Of a stretch of DNA of 15,410 nucleotides, positions 1 through 8,889 are shown piece after piece (positions within the stretch are counted from its first letter, which is position 1; the number at the start of each line of letters is the position of its first letter). A program made the position numbers and the translations under genes. This DNA comes from Thermodesulfobacteriota bacterium (GTDB lineage Bacteria; Desulfobacterota_D; UBA1144; Nemesobacterales; N074bin48): positions 1-15,410 of the forward strand of contig JBFFSH010000063.1 of assembly GCA_041572575.1 (NCBI GenBank). Reading direction: 5' to 3'. The notes beneath the pieces were generated by a model, which was given only the letters and a program-made list of their open reading frames with translations, did no database searches and was not told the DNA's origin.

Positions 1-897
1 ATCCTTGCACATAACTACCAAATACCGGATGTACAGGATATAGCGGACTTTGTAGGCGATTCACTGGGTCTTTCTCAGCAGGCTGGCAGGACAGATGCTG
101 ATATTATAGTATTTTGTGGTGTGCATTTTATGGCAGAAACTGCTTCTATTATCTCTCCGGACAAAAAGGTATTGATACCCGATCTGGGAGCAGGATGCTC
201 ACTGTCTGATACTATTACTGCTGATCAACTTAGGGACTGGAAAAAGCAGCATCCCGGAGCTGTAGTGGTATCATATGTTAATACCACGGCTGAAGTGAAG
301 TCTGAAAGTGACTACTGCTGTACATCTTCAAATGCAGTAGAAGTAGTAAATTCCATTCCAGAAGATAAAGAAATACTGTTTTTACCCGATATGTTCCTCG
401 GCGCTTTTGTTGCAAGGGAGACAGGAAGAGAAATTAATATCTGGCCTGGCGAGTGTCATGTGCACGCGGACATTAAGGGTGAGGATATAAAACGAACCAC
501 TGATGAACATCCGGATGCTGAGCTTGTTATTCATCCCGAATGTGGTTGCTCGACTTCTACGCTTTACGAATGTTCAAATGATACATTTAACGGTAAACCT
601 GTAAAAGTACTCTCAACAGGCGGAATGCTAAAACACGCTAAAAGTTCAAAATCCAAAGAATTTATAATTGCAACAGAAACCGGAATCCTTCATACACTCA
701 AAAAACACAATCCTGAAAAACAGTTTTATGCAGCTAACGAAAATGCTGTGTGTAAATACATGAAGATGATAAATCTTCATAATGTTCTGGAATCACTTCA
801 GAATGAACAATTTGAGGTTAAGGTGCCCCTTCCAATTGCAAATAAGGCTAAGAATGCAATAGACAGGATGCTCGATATTTCTGCACAATATCAGTAA
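1..897 (+). CDS. nadA: Quinolinate synthase A (5'-truncated by window edge)
   Basis: Frame 1 is open from base 1 and reads ILAHNYQ...ADFVGDSLGLS...FCGVHFMAETA, so the GTG at 121 is internal. Also AGCSL, YVNTTAEVK, CCTSSNA, GECHVH, HPEC, ATETG and CKYMK, including the three [4Fe-4S] Cys motifs. Confidence 0.97.
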   Translation: MLAHNYQIPDVQDIADFVGDSLGLSQQAGRTDADIIVFCGVHFMAETASIISPDKKVLIPDLGAGCSLSDTITADQLRDWKKQHPGAVVVSYVNTTAEVKSESDYCCTSSNAVEVVNSIPEDKEILFLPDMFLGAFVARETGREINIWPGECHVHADIKGEDIKRTTDEHPDAELVIHPECGCSTSTLYECSNDTFNGKPVKVLSTGGMLKHAKSSKSKEFIIATETGILHTLKKHNPEKQFYAANENAVCKYMKMINLHNVLESLQNEQFEVKVPLPIANKAKNAIDRMLDISAQYQ

Positions 898-2631
898 CCT
901 TTAGTAAGTCCACCGGCCCTTCTTGGATCGGAATAGCCATAATAGTAGTCTCCAATTTTCATAATGCTCTGCGTGCTACCCATAGCTCTTCCAACTTTTA
1001 TTTCATGGCCTTTCTTTTCTAATATCTTATTGGTGTCATTGCTAAAACCGCTTTCCATAAACAAAATATCAGGAAGCCACTGATGATGAAATCTTGGTGA
1101 TGCAGTAGCCGTTGCTATATTCATTTTATGATCTATGACGTTTGATATAATATGAAGTACTGTAGTAATTATTCTGCTTCCACCCGGGCTACCTGTTGCA
1201 AGAAAAGGCTTTTTATCTTTTAGCACAATAGTCGGGCTCATAGAACTTAGCATTCGTTTTTCCGGTTCTATAGCATTAAACTCTCCACCAACAAGTCCGT
1301 ATGCATTAGGCACACCGGGTTTAGCTGAAAAATCATCCATTTCATTATTCAGCAATATTCCCGTTCCTTTAGCCATGATTTTAGAACCATAACTAAAGTT
1401 AATTGTATATGTGTTTGATACCACATTTCCCGATTTGTCTATAACTGTGAAATGAGTCGTGTCATTACCACCAGCAATATACGGGTTGCCGGGCCCTATA
1501 TTTTTACTTGGAGTAGATTTATTCAGGTTAATTTTTTTGCTGAGATATTTTGCGTATTTTTTTGAAGTTAACTCGCTGATTGGAACCTGTACAAAATCCG
1601 AATCACCCAGGTATTTTGATCTGTCCGCATAGGCTAACTTCATGGCCTCGGCTATTATATGAACAGACCTTGAGTTATTATGACCAATATTGGATATATC
1701 AAAGTGTTCTAGCATATTAAGTATCTGTATAAGATGAATCCCCCCTGAGCTTGGCGGAGGCATGGAGTAGATTTCATAACCTCTATATGTTCCATAAATT
1801 GGTTTTCTTATTACCGGTTTATATGAGCTTAGGTCATCTGCTGTGATTAGCCCATCGTTTTCATTCATATCCGAAACAATCTTTTCAGCTATCTTTCCAT
1901 TATAAAATGCATCCGGTCCATGTTTATTAATCTGTTTCAGACTCCATGCTAAATCCTTTTGTACTATTTTCTCACCAATTTTGTACTATTTTCTCACCAA
2001 TATCGTATGAATCTCCATCTTCTTTGAAAAAAGTGTTATAGGCATCAGGCGATTTTTTCATCCTTTCTTTAACTGACTTAAGTGAACTACTGAGCTCGTA
2101 GTTAACATCCAGACCATTCTTCGCATATTTAATTGCTGGTTTTAATGCTTTTTTAAGAGGGATAGTTCCGTATTTCTCAAGCGCTAAAGACAGACCTGCA
2201 ACTGTTCCGGGAACTCCTGCAGCCAAATATGAATGTCTGGATTTTTCTTTATCGACATTTCCATCTTTGTCCAAAAACATATCCCTTGTTACAGCTTTAG
2301 GGGCCTTTTCCCTATAGTCAATGGCAATGACTTCCCTTGAATCTGCAAGATAGATAAGCATAAATCCGCCACCACCAAGGTTTCCTGCCCTTGGATAAGT
2401 AGCCGCCATTGTAAAGCCAATAGTAACAGCAGCATCGATAGCATTGCCGCCATCTTTTAAAATCTTAAGCCCGGCTTCAGTAGCCTCCTTGTTATCAGAC
2501 GCTACCATTCCGTTTTGAGCAATCACAGGCTGGAAAATTGCATTAGAGGTTATAATTGGGTCTGATATAAGTTGATTATTAAACAACGTTATACCGATTA
2601 GAAATAAAAATATTTGAAGCTTTATATTCAT
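891..2631 (-). pseudogene. ggt: Gamma-glutamyltranspeptidase, split into two ORFs by a 22-bp tandem duplication (frameshift)
   Basis: N-terminal part (1972..2643): signal-peptide-like start, GGNAIDAAV, GNLGGGGF, IDYREKAP, GVPGTVAGL. C-terminal part (891..1868): PPPSSGG, nucleophile motif DTTHF (Thr codon 1458-1460), LLNNEMDDF, SSMSPT, GSPGGSRI, SDPRR. Deleting one repeat copy gives a continuous frame (...IGEKIVQKDLAWSLKQINKHGPDAFYNGKIAEKIVSDMNENDG...) of 572 aa from ATG 2631, or 576 aa from ATG 2643. Confidence 0.92.
1957..2000. repeat. Perfect 22-bp tandem direct repeat (TTTTGTACTATTTTCTCACCAA x2)
   Basis: Copy 1 at 1957-1978 and copy 2 at 1979-2000 are identical. 22 is not a multiple of 3, and the repeat sits exactly at the ggt frame break. 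Confidence 0.97.
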
Positions 2632-2698
2632 AATTATTATCATATATACTTAAATGTATTTTTAAAATAATAATGTTTTGAAATATGGAGAGTAAATA

Positions 2699-3097
2699 AT
2701 GTCAGAAAAAATAAATAAAACAGAGCAAGAATGGCAAAAGGAGCTAACCCCGGAGCAGTATAGAGTTACTAGAGAAAAGGGAACCGAAAGACCATTTACC
2801 GGAAAGTACAACGAGAATAAGGAAAAGGGTAAGTATGTATGCGTGTGCTGTGGAACAGAGCTTTTTTCATCTGATACAAAGTTTGACTCAGGCTCCGGCT
2901 GGCCAAGCTTTTATAAGCCAGAAAAAGAGGAAAATGTTAAAGCGGAGACAGATAGGAGTCACGGGATGATAAGAACAGAGGTAATGTGCGATAAATGTGA
3001 TGCCCATCTGGGCCACGTTTTTGAGGACGGGCCAAACCCCACGGGCTTAAGATACTGTATAAATTCCTGCTCTTTGGATTTTAAAAAAGAAGATTAA
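2699..3097 (+). CDS. msrB: Peptide-methionine (R)-S-oxide reductase MsrB, Zn-binding type
   Basis: [12 protein letters not shown] and CDKC zinc pairs, [21 protein letters not shown], catalytic RYCINS. GGAG SD upstream. Ser occupies the GxGWP position where E. coli has the resolving Cys. Confidence 0.97.
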   Translation: MSEKINKTEQEWQKELTPEQYRVTREKGTERPFTGKYNENKEKGKYVCVCCGTELFSSDTKFDSGSGWPSFYKPEKEENVKAETDRSHGMIRTEVMCDKCDAHLGHVFEDGPNPTGLRYCINSCSLDFKKED

Positions 3098-3100
3098 CAA

Positions 3101-4285
3101 TTAAGGTTCTGAAAAAAGAGTTAGCACGCCTGTATATGTGAACAGATGATTGCTTCCCATCATTGGGGCAATCTCCGAATTTCCAAAAAATCCAATCATT
3201 GGAATATCGGGGAAGTAGCTTGATATGTAAGCCGTGTCGATGTCTTTGTTTCCGTAAAAATATGATCCCCTCCCGCAGCAATTAAAATATATTCCGAATC
3301 TTACTTTACTCATATCAGCAATTTGTGATTTAAGATTTTCAAGCATATCCTTAAGATCTTCTCGCGCCATCTCGGGGTTTCTTAATGTTATGACTATTTC
3401 ATCACCAACATTGATATCTTCTGCAATCCCTATTATGCCAGAATTATCATCTACGCCCATAAGATTTCTAACCATATAATTTCTTGTGCTGTCCGTATCG
3501 CTCTTAACCGCTGAGCAGAGCCCCACGCTTACAATTCTTAAAAGATCATTTGGATTTTCTAATATATGTGCCGGGACGTATGCCTTGAGTACTTCAAATG
3601 CCGGTCTGCCGTCTATTTCCATTATCACGTTGCGGTTACATTCTGTAACTCTAAGCGGTTTAGATGCGGGTTTACAGCCCTGAGTCAGACCAATATTATA
3701 ATTAAAGTTACCGCTAATTATCGCCCCTGAAAGGCTTGAACTGTTAACCATATTATCTCTATACTGGAAAGTTGCAGGTGAACTAGGGTCTTCAGAACAT
3801 GTAGCGCCAATTATATGTACTATATCACTTGCGTGTTCAAGTGAGTTAAAGAATAAGTTATGATGGAAACTAAAAGGATCGGCAAGGACCATAGCCAGTT
3901 TGGTTTTAGTGTTAATCTCTATAAGTCTGTTGATAATATTATTGCCAGATGCTTGGCCCATATCCGTAGAAATTGAATCAATAAAACACTTTGCTTTAAG
4001 ACTATCTGAACACACTCCGAGAACTACTATCCCAGGCTCACCCTCTATCTCACCAAAATGAGATAATACTCCTGTGGCGCTGCACCCTGTGATATTGTGT
4101 GTTCCTGTTATTTCAGATACTTTTTCTAATATTTTCTGGTAATTATTTCTGTGGTGGAATGTAGTGAATATTAAAATAAAATCGGCTTTTTCGATTCCAG
4201 CCTGAGTTAAACAATCCCTACAAGCATTCTCAGCAGCCTCTAAACTTTTTGGATTATTTGAACATCCTACGCCGGCTTTAATCAA
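3101..4285 (-). CDS. FIST N- and C-domain signal-transduction protein (NosP-like); start codon uncertain (TTG, no SD)
   Basis: 394 aa. GCSATGV, vlADPFSF, TQGCKP, IMEIDGRPA, YMVRNLMGVD, FNCCGRG, GFFGNSEI and LFTYTGVL are typical FIST/FIST_C motifs. Confidence 0.85.
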   Translation of the reverse strand: MIKAGVGCSNNPKSLEAAENACRDCLTQAGIEKADFILIFTTFHHRNNYQKILEKVSEITGTHNITGCSATGVLSHFGEIEGEPGIVVLGVCSDSLKAKCFIDSISTDMGQASGNNIINRLIEINTKTKLAMVLADPFSFHHNLFFNSLEHASDIVHIIGATCSEDPSSPATFQYRDNMVNSSSLSGAIISGNFNYNIGLTQGCKPASKPLRVTECNRNVIMEIDGRPAFEVLKAYVPAHILENPNDLLRIVSVGLCSAVKSDTDSTRNYMVRNLMGVDDNSGIIGIAEDINVGDEIVITLRNPEMAREDLKDMLENLKSQIADMSKVRFGIYFNCCGRGSYFYGNKDIDTAYISSYFPDIPMIGFFGNSEIAPMMGSNHLFTYTGVLTLFSEP

Positions 4286-4389
4286 TTTTATAATATAATA
4301 CTTATGTTGGAAAACGGATAACTAATATACATTGTTTTAAGCTATTGTTAGATGTATTAATATCTCAATTAATAATATATTATGGTACC

Positions 4390-4417
4390 TTGAAATATAC
4401 ATTTTGTTCTTTATAAT
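4390..4417 (+). promoter_or_regulatory. Putative sigma70-type promoter of the prs operon
   Basis: TTGAAA (4390-4395), 16-nt spacer, TATAAT (4412-4417), 36 nt upstream of ATG 4454. Confidence 0.6.
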
Positions 4418-4453
4418 ACCTGCTTTTGTACTTTAAACTTGGAAAGTGTAGAG

Positions 4454-5395
4454 ATGGAGTCAGCAAAGATATTTAGTGGGAATTCAAACATACCTCTTGG
4501 CAACGCTATTTGCGAGTATCTGGGAGTCCGTCCCGGTGAAATAGATATTCATAGATTTAGTGACGGGGAGATATTTATAAATATCAAAGAGAGCATAAGG
4601 GGAGACCACGTATTTATTATCCAGTCCACATGTCCTCCGGTAAATGAGCACATAATGGAGCTTCTAATTATTACAGATGCCCTCAAACGTGCTTCATCAA
4701 AGGAAATAACGGCTGTTATTCCATACTTCGGCTATGCCAGACAGGATAGAAAAGTACAACCCAGAGCACCGATAAGCGCTAAGCTTGTAGCGGAAATACT
4801 GCTTAGAGCCGGTGTCGACAGGCTTGTTACTGTCGATTTACATGCCGGGCAGATTCAGGGCTTTTTTGATGTGCCTGTTGATCATATATATGCTGCGCCA
4901 ATATTCATAGATTATATAAAGAAAAGATTTGATGGAGAGGATATAGTAATAGTATCCCCTGATGCCGGAGGTATGGAGAGGGCAAGAGCATATGCAAAAA
5001 GACTGCATGCTACCCTAGCCATGACCGATAAGAGAAGAACGGCTCCAAATGTAGCAGAGATCATGTATCTTATTGGTGATGTAAAGGATAAAACTGCCAT
5101 AATAGTTGATGATATGGTTGACACTGCCGGCACTGCCGTACAGGCAGCAAAATCTATAATGGCCGAGGGAGCAAAGAGTGTTAGTCTTTGCTGTACTCAT
5201 GGAGTATTATCAGGAAAGGCTGTTCAGAGGATAAACGATTCACATTTTGAAGAGGTAATAATAACAGATACTATCCCGCCAAGAGAAGAAACGCTGAAAT
5301 GCGAGAAGATTAAATTTTTGAGCATTGCTGATCTGCTTGGTGAAGCAATAAAAAGAATAACAACCGGAGAATCTATAAGTACATTATTTAATTAA
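4454..5395 (+). CDS. prs: Ribose-phosphate pyrophosphokinase (class I PRPP synthetase)
   Basis: IFSGNSN, FSDGE, PYFGYARQDR, DLHAGQIQGFF, VSPDAGG, DDMVDTAGT, THGVLSG. ATG 4454 preferred over TTG 4439. Confidence 0.97.
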   Translation: MESAKIFSGNSNIPLGNAICEYLGVRPGEIDIHRFSDGEIFINIKESIRGDHVFIIQSTCPPVNEHIMELLIITDALKRASSKEITAVIPYFGYARQDRKVQPRAPISAKLVAEILLRAGVDRLVTVDLHAGQIQGFFDVPVDHIYAAPIFIDYIKKRFDGEDIVIVSPDAGGMERARAYAKRLHATLAMTDKRRTAPNVAEIMYLIGDVKDKTAIIVDDMVDTAGTAVQAAKSIMAEGAKSVSLCCTHGVLSGKAVQRINDSHFEEVIITDTIPPREETLKCEKIKFLSIADLLGEAIKRITTGESISTLFN

Positions 5396-5412
5396 ATTTT
5401 AGGAGTTTAAAA

Positions 5413-6084
5413 ATGGCACAAAGCGTATTAAATGTAAAGAGAAGAGTAAGGATGGGGAAAAGCGGCTCTAAGGCTATAAGAAAAGAAGGAAATATACCCG
5501 CGGTTCTATATGGAAAAGGTTCAGAGCCCGAATCGATAGTGGTAAATCCTGCTGAGCTTAAAGAAGCACTTTCAACTGATGCTGGTGAGAATACACTTCT
5601 TGAAATGCATATTAGCGATTGGGAAGGGGGAAATGAGACTACAAAGCTATCCCTGCTTAGAGACGTCCAAATGGACTACTTAAAAAATAAATCAATCCAT
5701 CTCGATTTTCTTGAGCTGGACATGAAACAGACTTTTTCTGTTAAGATTCCGGTAAAAATCAAGGGAATACCAATTGGGGTTCGTGAAGAAAAGGGAATGC
5801 TTGAAAAGATAGTGAGAGAGGTAGAGATTGAGTGTTTGCCTTCGGATATTCCAAATGAATTTGTTATAGATGTGACGGATCTGCATATAACTGAATCTAT
5901 TCATGTAAAGGACTTAGAGGTTTCAGATAAGGTTACGATTTTAGATGATCCAGGCTCAACAATTGTTACAGTACTTGCTCCAAGGGTTGAAAAAACTTTG
6001 ACTGCAGAAGAAGAAGGTGAAGGTGAAGAGGCTACGGAAACAGAGAGAGAAGAGAAAAATGAGGAATCTGCAGGGTCTGAATAA
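5413..6084 (+). CDS. rplY: 50S ribosomal protein bL25/Ctc, long three-domain form with acidic tail
   Basis: GKSGSKAIRKEGNIPAVLYG, DVQMD...IHLDF, ECLPSDIP, IHVKDL. AGGAG SD at 5401-5405. Canonical prs-rplY-pth context. Confidence 0.95.
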   Translation: MAQSVLNVKRRVRMGKSGSKAIRKEGNIPAVLYGKGSEPESIVVNPAELKEALSTDAGENTLLEMHISDWEGGNETTKLSLLRDVQMDYLKNKSIHLDFLELDMKQTFSVKIPVKIKGIPIGVREEKGMLEKIVREVEIECLPSDIPNEFVIDVTDLHITESIHVKDLEVSDKVTILDDPGSTIVTVLAPRVEKTLTAEEEGEGEEATETEREEKNEESAGSE

Positions 6085-6106
6085 ATTATTATATAAACAA
6101 TAGTGG

Positions 6107-6712
6107 ATGTTTCTAATAGCAGGTCTGGGTAACCCGGGCAGAGAGTATGAAAACACACGACATAACGTGGGGTTTTTGGGTGTAGATAGAATTGCTCAAG
6201 ATATAGGGGTGAGTGTTACAAAAAAGGGGTTTCAAAGTTTTTATGAATTAGGGCATTTCGGAAACCAAAAAGTTTTACTTATTAAACCCCAAACCTATAT
6301 GAACAATAGCGGAAACGCTATTAGAGAAGCGAAAGAGTATTATAAAATAGATACAGAAAATTTGATAATAATACATGATGAGATGGATATACCACTTGGA
6401 AGAATTAAAATTAAAAATGGTGGAGGGAGTGCCGGACACAATGGAATTAAATCTATAATCGCAAATATAGGCTCTCAGAATTTTCCAAGGGTAAGGATAG
6501 GGGTAGGAAAACCTTACGACAGGGATAAGGTAATTAAGCATGTTCTATCAAATTTTAATAAAGAAGAAAGTAAACAGCTTTTTGAAGTTTTAGATAGCGT
6601 AAGAGACAGTGTTTATGAAATTATTACAAGTGGTATTGAAAAAGCCATGAATCGATTTAATATAAGAGCCGAAAAAAATATAGAAAATGAAATTGAAAAA
6701 GAGGAAGTTTAA
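6107..6712 (+). CDS. pth: Peptidyl-tRNA hydrolase
   Basis: GLGNPGREYENTRHNVG, KPQTYMNNSG, HDEMD, AGHNGIKS, RVRIGVG. Confidence 0.97.
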   Translation: MFLIAGLGNPGREYENTRHNVGFLGVDRIAQDIGVSVTKKGFQSFYELGHFGNQKVLLIKPQTYMNNSGNAIREAKEYYKIDTENLIIIHDEMDIPLGRIKIKNGGGSAGHNGIKSIIANIGSQNFPRVRIGVGKPYDRDKVIKHVLSNFNKEESKQLFEVLDSVRDSVYEIITSGIEKAMNRFNIRAEKNIENEIEKEEV

Positions 6713-6760
6713 AAATTAAATGATTTTTAAGTTTTCGTTATATTAAGGAGGAAGTAAGTT

Positions 6761-8803
6761 ATGAGTGAGTTAATCGCTTCGCTTGGAGTTTTAGTTTCTT
6801 TAGGAGTTTTGGGTTACGCATACATAGTGTATGGCGGCCTTAAAGCACTTCCTGAAGGAAACGATAAGATGAAAGAAATTGCAACTGCTATTCACGAGGG
6901 TGCAATGGTATTTCTTAAGAGTGAATATAAAATTATAGGTATTTTTGCCGTTATTATATTTTTCCTAGTATGGTTTGGGCTTGGCTTTGCTACAGCACTT
7001 GCATATGCATGCGGCGCGGGCCTTTCCTGCCTTGCGGGGTTTTTTGGAATGATGTCCGCAACAAAGGCAAACGTAAGAACCGCACAGGCTGCTGCAAGCG
7101 ATGGACAGGGAGCAGCACTTTCTGCTGCATTTAAAGGTGGAAACATCATGGGTCTTTCTGTTGCAGGACTTGGGCTACTTGGTCTTTCAGTTGGATATGC
7201 GCTTCAAATAGGTATTCCTGAAAATCCAACCGGTACAGCACTCACTGGATTTGTTACCAACTTTTCCGGAGTAATAGGCGGTTTTGCCATGGGCGCCAGT
7301 TCGGTTGCTCTTTTTGCAAGAATCGGCGGCGGTATTTTTACAAAAGCAGCAGACGTTGGTGCTGACCTTGTAGGTAAGGTTGAAGCAGGAATTCCTGAAG
7401 ATGATCCAAGAAACCCGGCAACTATTGCTGATAACGTTGGTGATAACGTCGGAGACGTAGCAGGTATGGGTGCCGACCTTTTTGAGTCATATGTAAGTTC
7501 TGTTATTGCGACCATAGTGATAGCAGCTGGTATGACAGATCATAATAGAATTGCTCTTATGGCAATTCCAATCGTTCTAATTACAATCGGCAGTGTAGCT
7601 TCAATACTTGGAGCAAGATATATTGAAAGAAAGAAAGATGATGAACCTCAATCGGTTCTTAGATATGGAACATTCTTTGCCGGCGGTATTTACCTTGGAG
7701 TAAGTTTACTTGTTCTTGGACTGCTTGGCCTGGTTGACGGCATTGGGGTGTTTGCAGTTAAAGTCTGGGGTGCAGCAGTATTTGGCCTGCTCTCAGGTGT
7801 AGCAATTGGTCTTGTAACTGAATATTATACATCCGGAGCTCCCGTTAAAAAGATAGCCGAAGCATCACAAACAAGTGTAGCCACAAATATAATTGAAGGT
7901 CTTGCAGTCGGTATGAAAAGTACAGCATGGCCAGTGCTTATAATCGTGCTTGCCATTAGTTGTTCATTTTGGTTTGCAGGTCTTTATGGAATCGGAATTG
8001 CAGCAGTCAGTATGTTAGCAACAATCGGTATCACAATGTCAGTTGATGCTTATGGACCTGTGGCTGATAACGCTGGTGGTATAACAGAAATGTCTGAGCT
8101 TGGTGATGACGTAAGAGTAATCACAGATAAGCTTGATTCACTTGGAAACACAACAGCTGCTATAGGTAAAGGATTTGCAATCGGCTCAGCTGCACTTGCT
8201 GCTCTTGCTCTTTTTGCAGCATACACAAAGGCTGTTGGTCTTGATTCAATTAACCTTACAAACAGCAAGGTAGTAGCAGGGATGCTTATAGGTGGAACCA
8301 TTCCTTACTTCATAGGCGCTCTTACAATGGGTTCAGTAGGAAGAACCGCTCAGCAGATGGTTGAAGAAGTTAGAAGACAGTTTAGAGAAATCAAAGGGCT
8401 TATGGAAGGTGAAGCAAAGGCTGATTATGCAAAATGTGTTGAGATTAGCACAAAGTCCTCAATCAAAGAAATGATTTGGCCTGGAGTTACAGCAGTTTCA
8501 GCTCCTATCATAATAGGCTGGATACTTGGGCCTGAAGCACTTGGCGGATTTTTAGCAGGTGCTCTAGTTTCAGGTGTTATGCTTGCTCTTATGATGGCAA
8601 ATGCCGGTGGAGCATGGGACAATGCTAAGAAATATATTGAAGAGGGCAATCTCGGAGGTAAAGGATCAGATGCTCATAAGGCAGCAGTTGTGGGTGACAC
8701 GATTGGTGATCCATTTAAAGATACAACAGGACCTGCAATGAACATTTTGATTAAACTTATGTCAATTGTTTCACTTGTTGTAGCTCCTGCTCTTTTTATG
8801 TAA
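6761..8803 (+). CDS. hppA: Membrane-bound ion-translocating pyrophosphatase, K+-dependent, probably Na+-pumping
   Basis: 680-aa polytopic protein with [60 protein letters not shown] and [10 protein letters not shown]. Ala in GNTTAA (A466) indicates K+ dependence. ADLFES has Glu242 at the position typical of Na+-PPases. AAGGAGG SD at 6745-6751. Confidence 0.95.
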   Translation: MSELIASLGVLVSLGVLGYAYIVYGGLKALPEGNDKMKEIATAIHEGAMVFLKSEYKIIGIFAVIIFFLVWFGLGFATALAYACGAGLSCLAGFFGMMSATKANVRTAQAAASDGQGAALSAAFKGGNIMGLSVAGLGLLGLSVGYALQIGIPENPTGTALTGFVTNFSGVIGGFAMGASSVALFARIGGGIFTKAADVGADLVGKVEAGIPEDDPRNPATIADNVGDNVGDVAGMGADLFESYVSSVIATIVIAAGMTDHNRIALMAIPIVLITIGSVASILGARYIERKKDDEPQSVLRYGTFFAGGIYLGVSLLVLGLLGLVDGIGVFAVKVWGAAVFGLLSGVAIGLVTEYYTSGAPVKKIAEASQTSVATNIIEGLAVGMKSTAWPVLIIVLAISCSFWFAGLYGIGIAAVSMLATIGITMSVDAYGPVADNAGGITEMSELGDDVRVITDKLDSLGNTTAAIGKGFAIGSAALAALALFAAYTKAVGLDSINLTNSKVVAGMLIGGTIPYFIGALTMGSVGRTAQQMVEEVRRQFREIKGLMEGEAKADYAKCVEISTKSSIKEMIWPGVTAVSAPIIIGWILGPEALGGFLAGALVSGVMLALMMANAGGAWDNAKKYIEEGNLGGKGSDAHKAAVVGDTIGDPFKDTTGPAMNILIKLMSIVSLVVAPALFM

Positions 8804-8828
8804 TATAAATAAAAAATAAAATAAAAAG

Positions 8829-8884
8829 TTCTGTCACTCTGGGTCTATATTAAGACCCAGGGTCGATATTGACCAAGACGGAGG
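8829..8884 (+). promoter_or_regulatory. Putative S6:S18 autoregulatory mRNA leader of rpsF
   Basis: Outer stem TTCTGTC (8829-8835) pairs with GACGGAG (8877-8883), masking the GGAGG SD (8880-8884). Inner hairpin CTCTGGGTCT (8837-8846) pairs with AGACCCAGGG (8853-8862). CCA (8873-8875) lies just before the SD strand. This matches the described S6:S18-binding architecture with a CCR motif. Confidence 0.6.
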
Positions 8885-8889
8885 TTAAG

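Noticed and set aside
121..123. GTG start for nadA given by the ORF track
   Set aside because: The frame is open from base 1 with conserved ILAHNYQ and GDSL motifs. The true start is upstream of the window.
1957..2000. 22-bp repeat as a CRISPR repeat or target-site duplication
   Set aside because: There are only two directly adjacent copies, no spacer or inserted element, and no cas or transposase gene. An excision footprint cannot be excluded but has no support.
891..2643. Two ggt ORFs as naturally split large and small subunit genes, or a programmed frameshift
   Set aside because: The break lies mid large subunit, far from the autocleavage Thr (1458-1460), and is fully explained by the 22-bp duplication.
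4286..4453. tRNA-Gln often found upstream of prs
   Set aside because: The region is very AT-rich with no cloverleaf or GTTCGA T-loop.
6892..8649. Antisense ORFs within hppA, and other short overlapping ORFs in the track (e.g. 3081-3281, 4912-5133, 5901-6158, 9069-9350)
   Set aside because: They are shadows of well-supported genes caused by codon bias, with no recognisable motifs.
8837..8862. Hairpin after hppA as an intrinsic terminator
   Set aside because: No U-tract follows on the + strand. It fits better as part of the rpsF leader.
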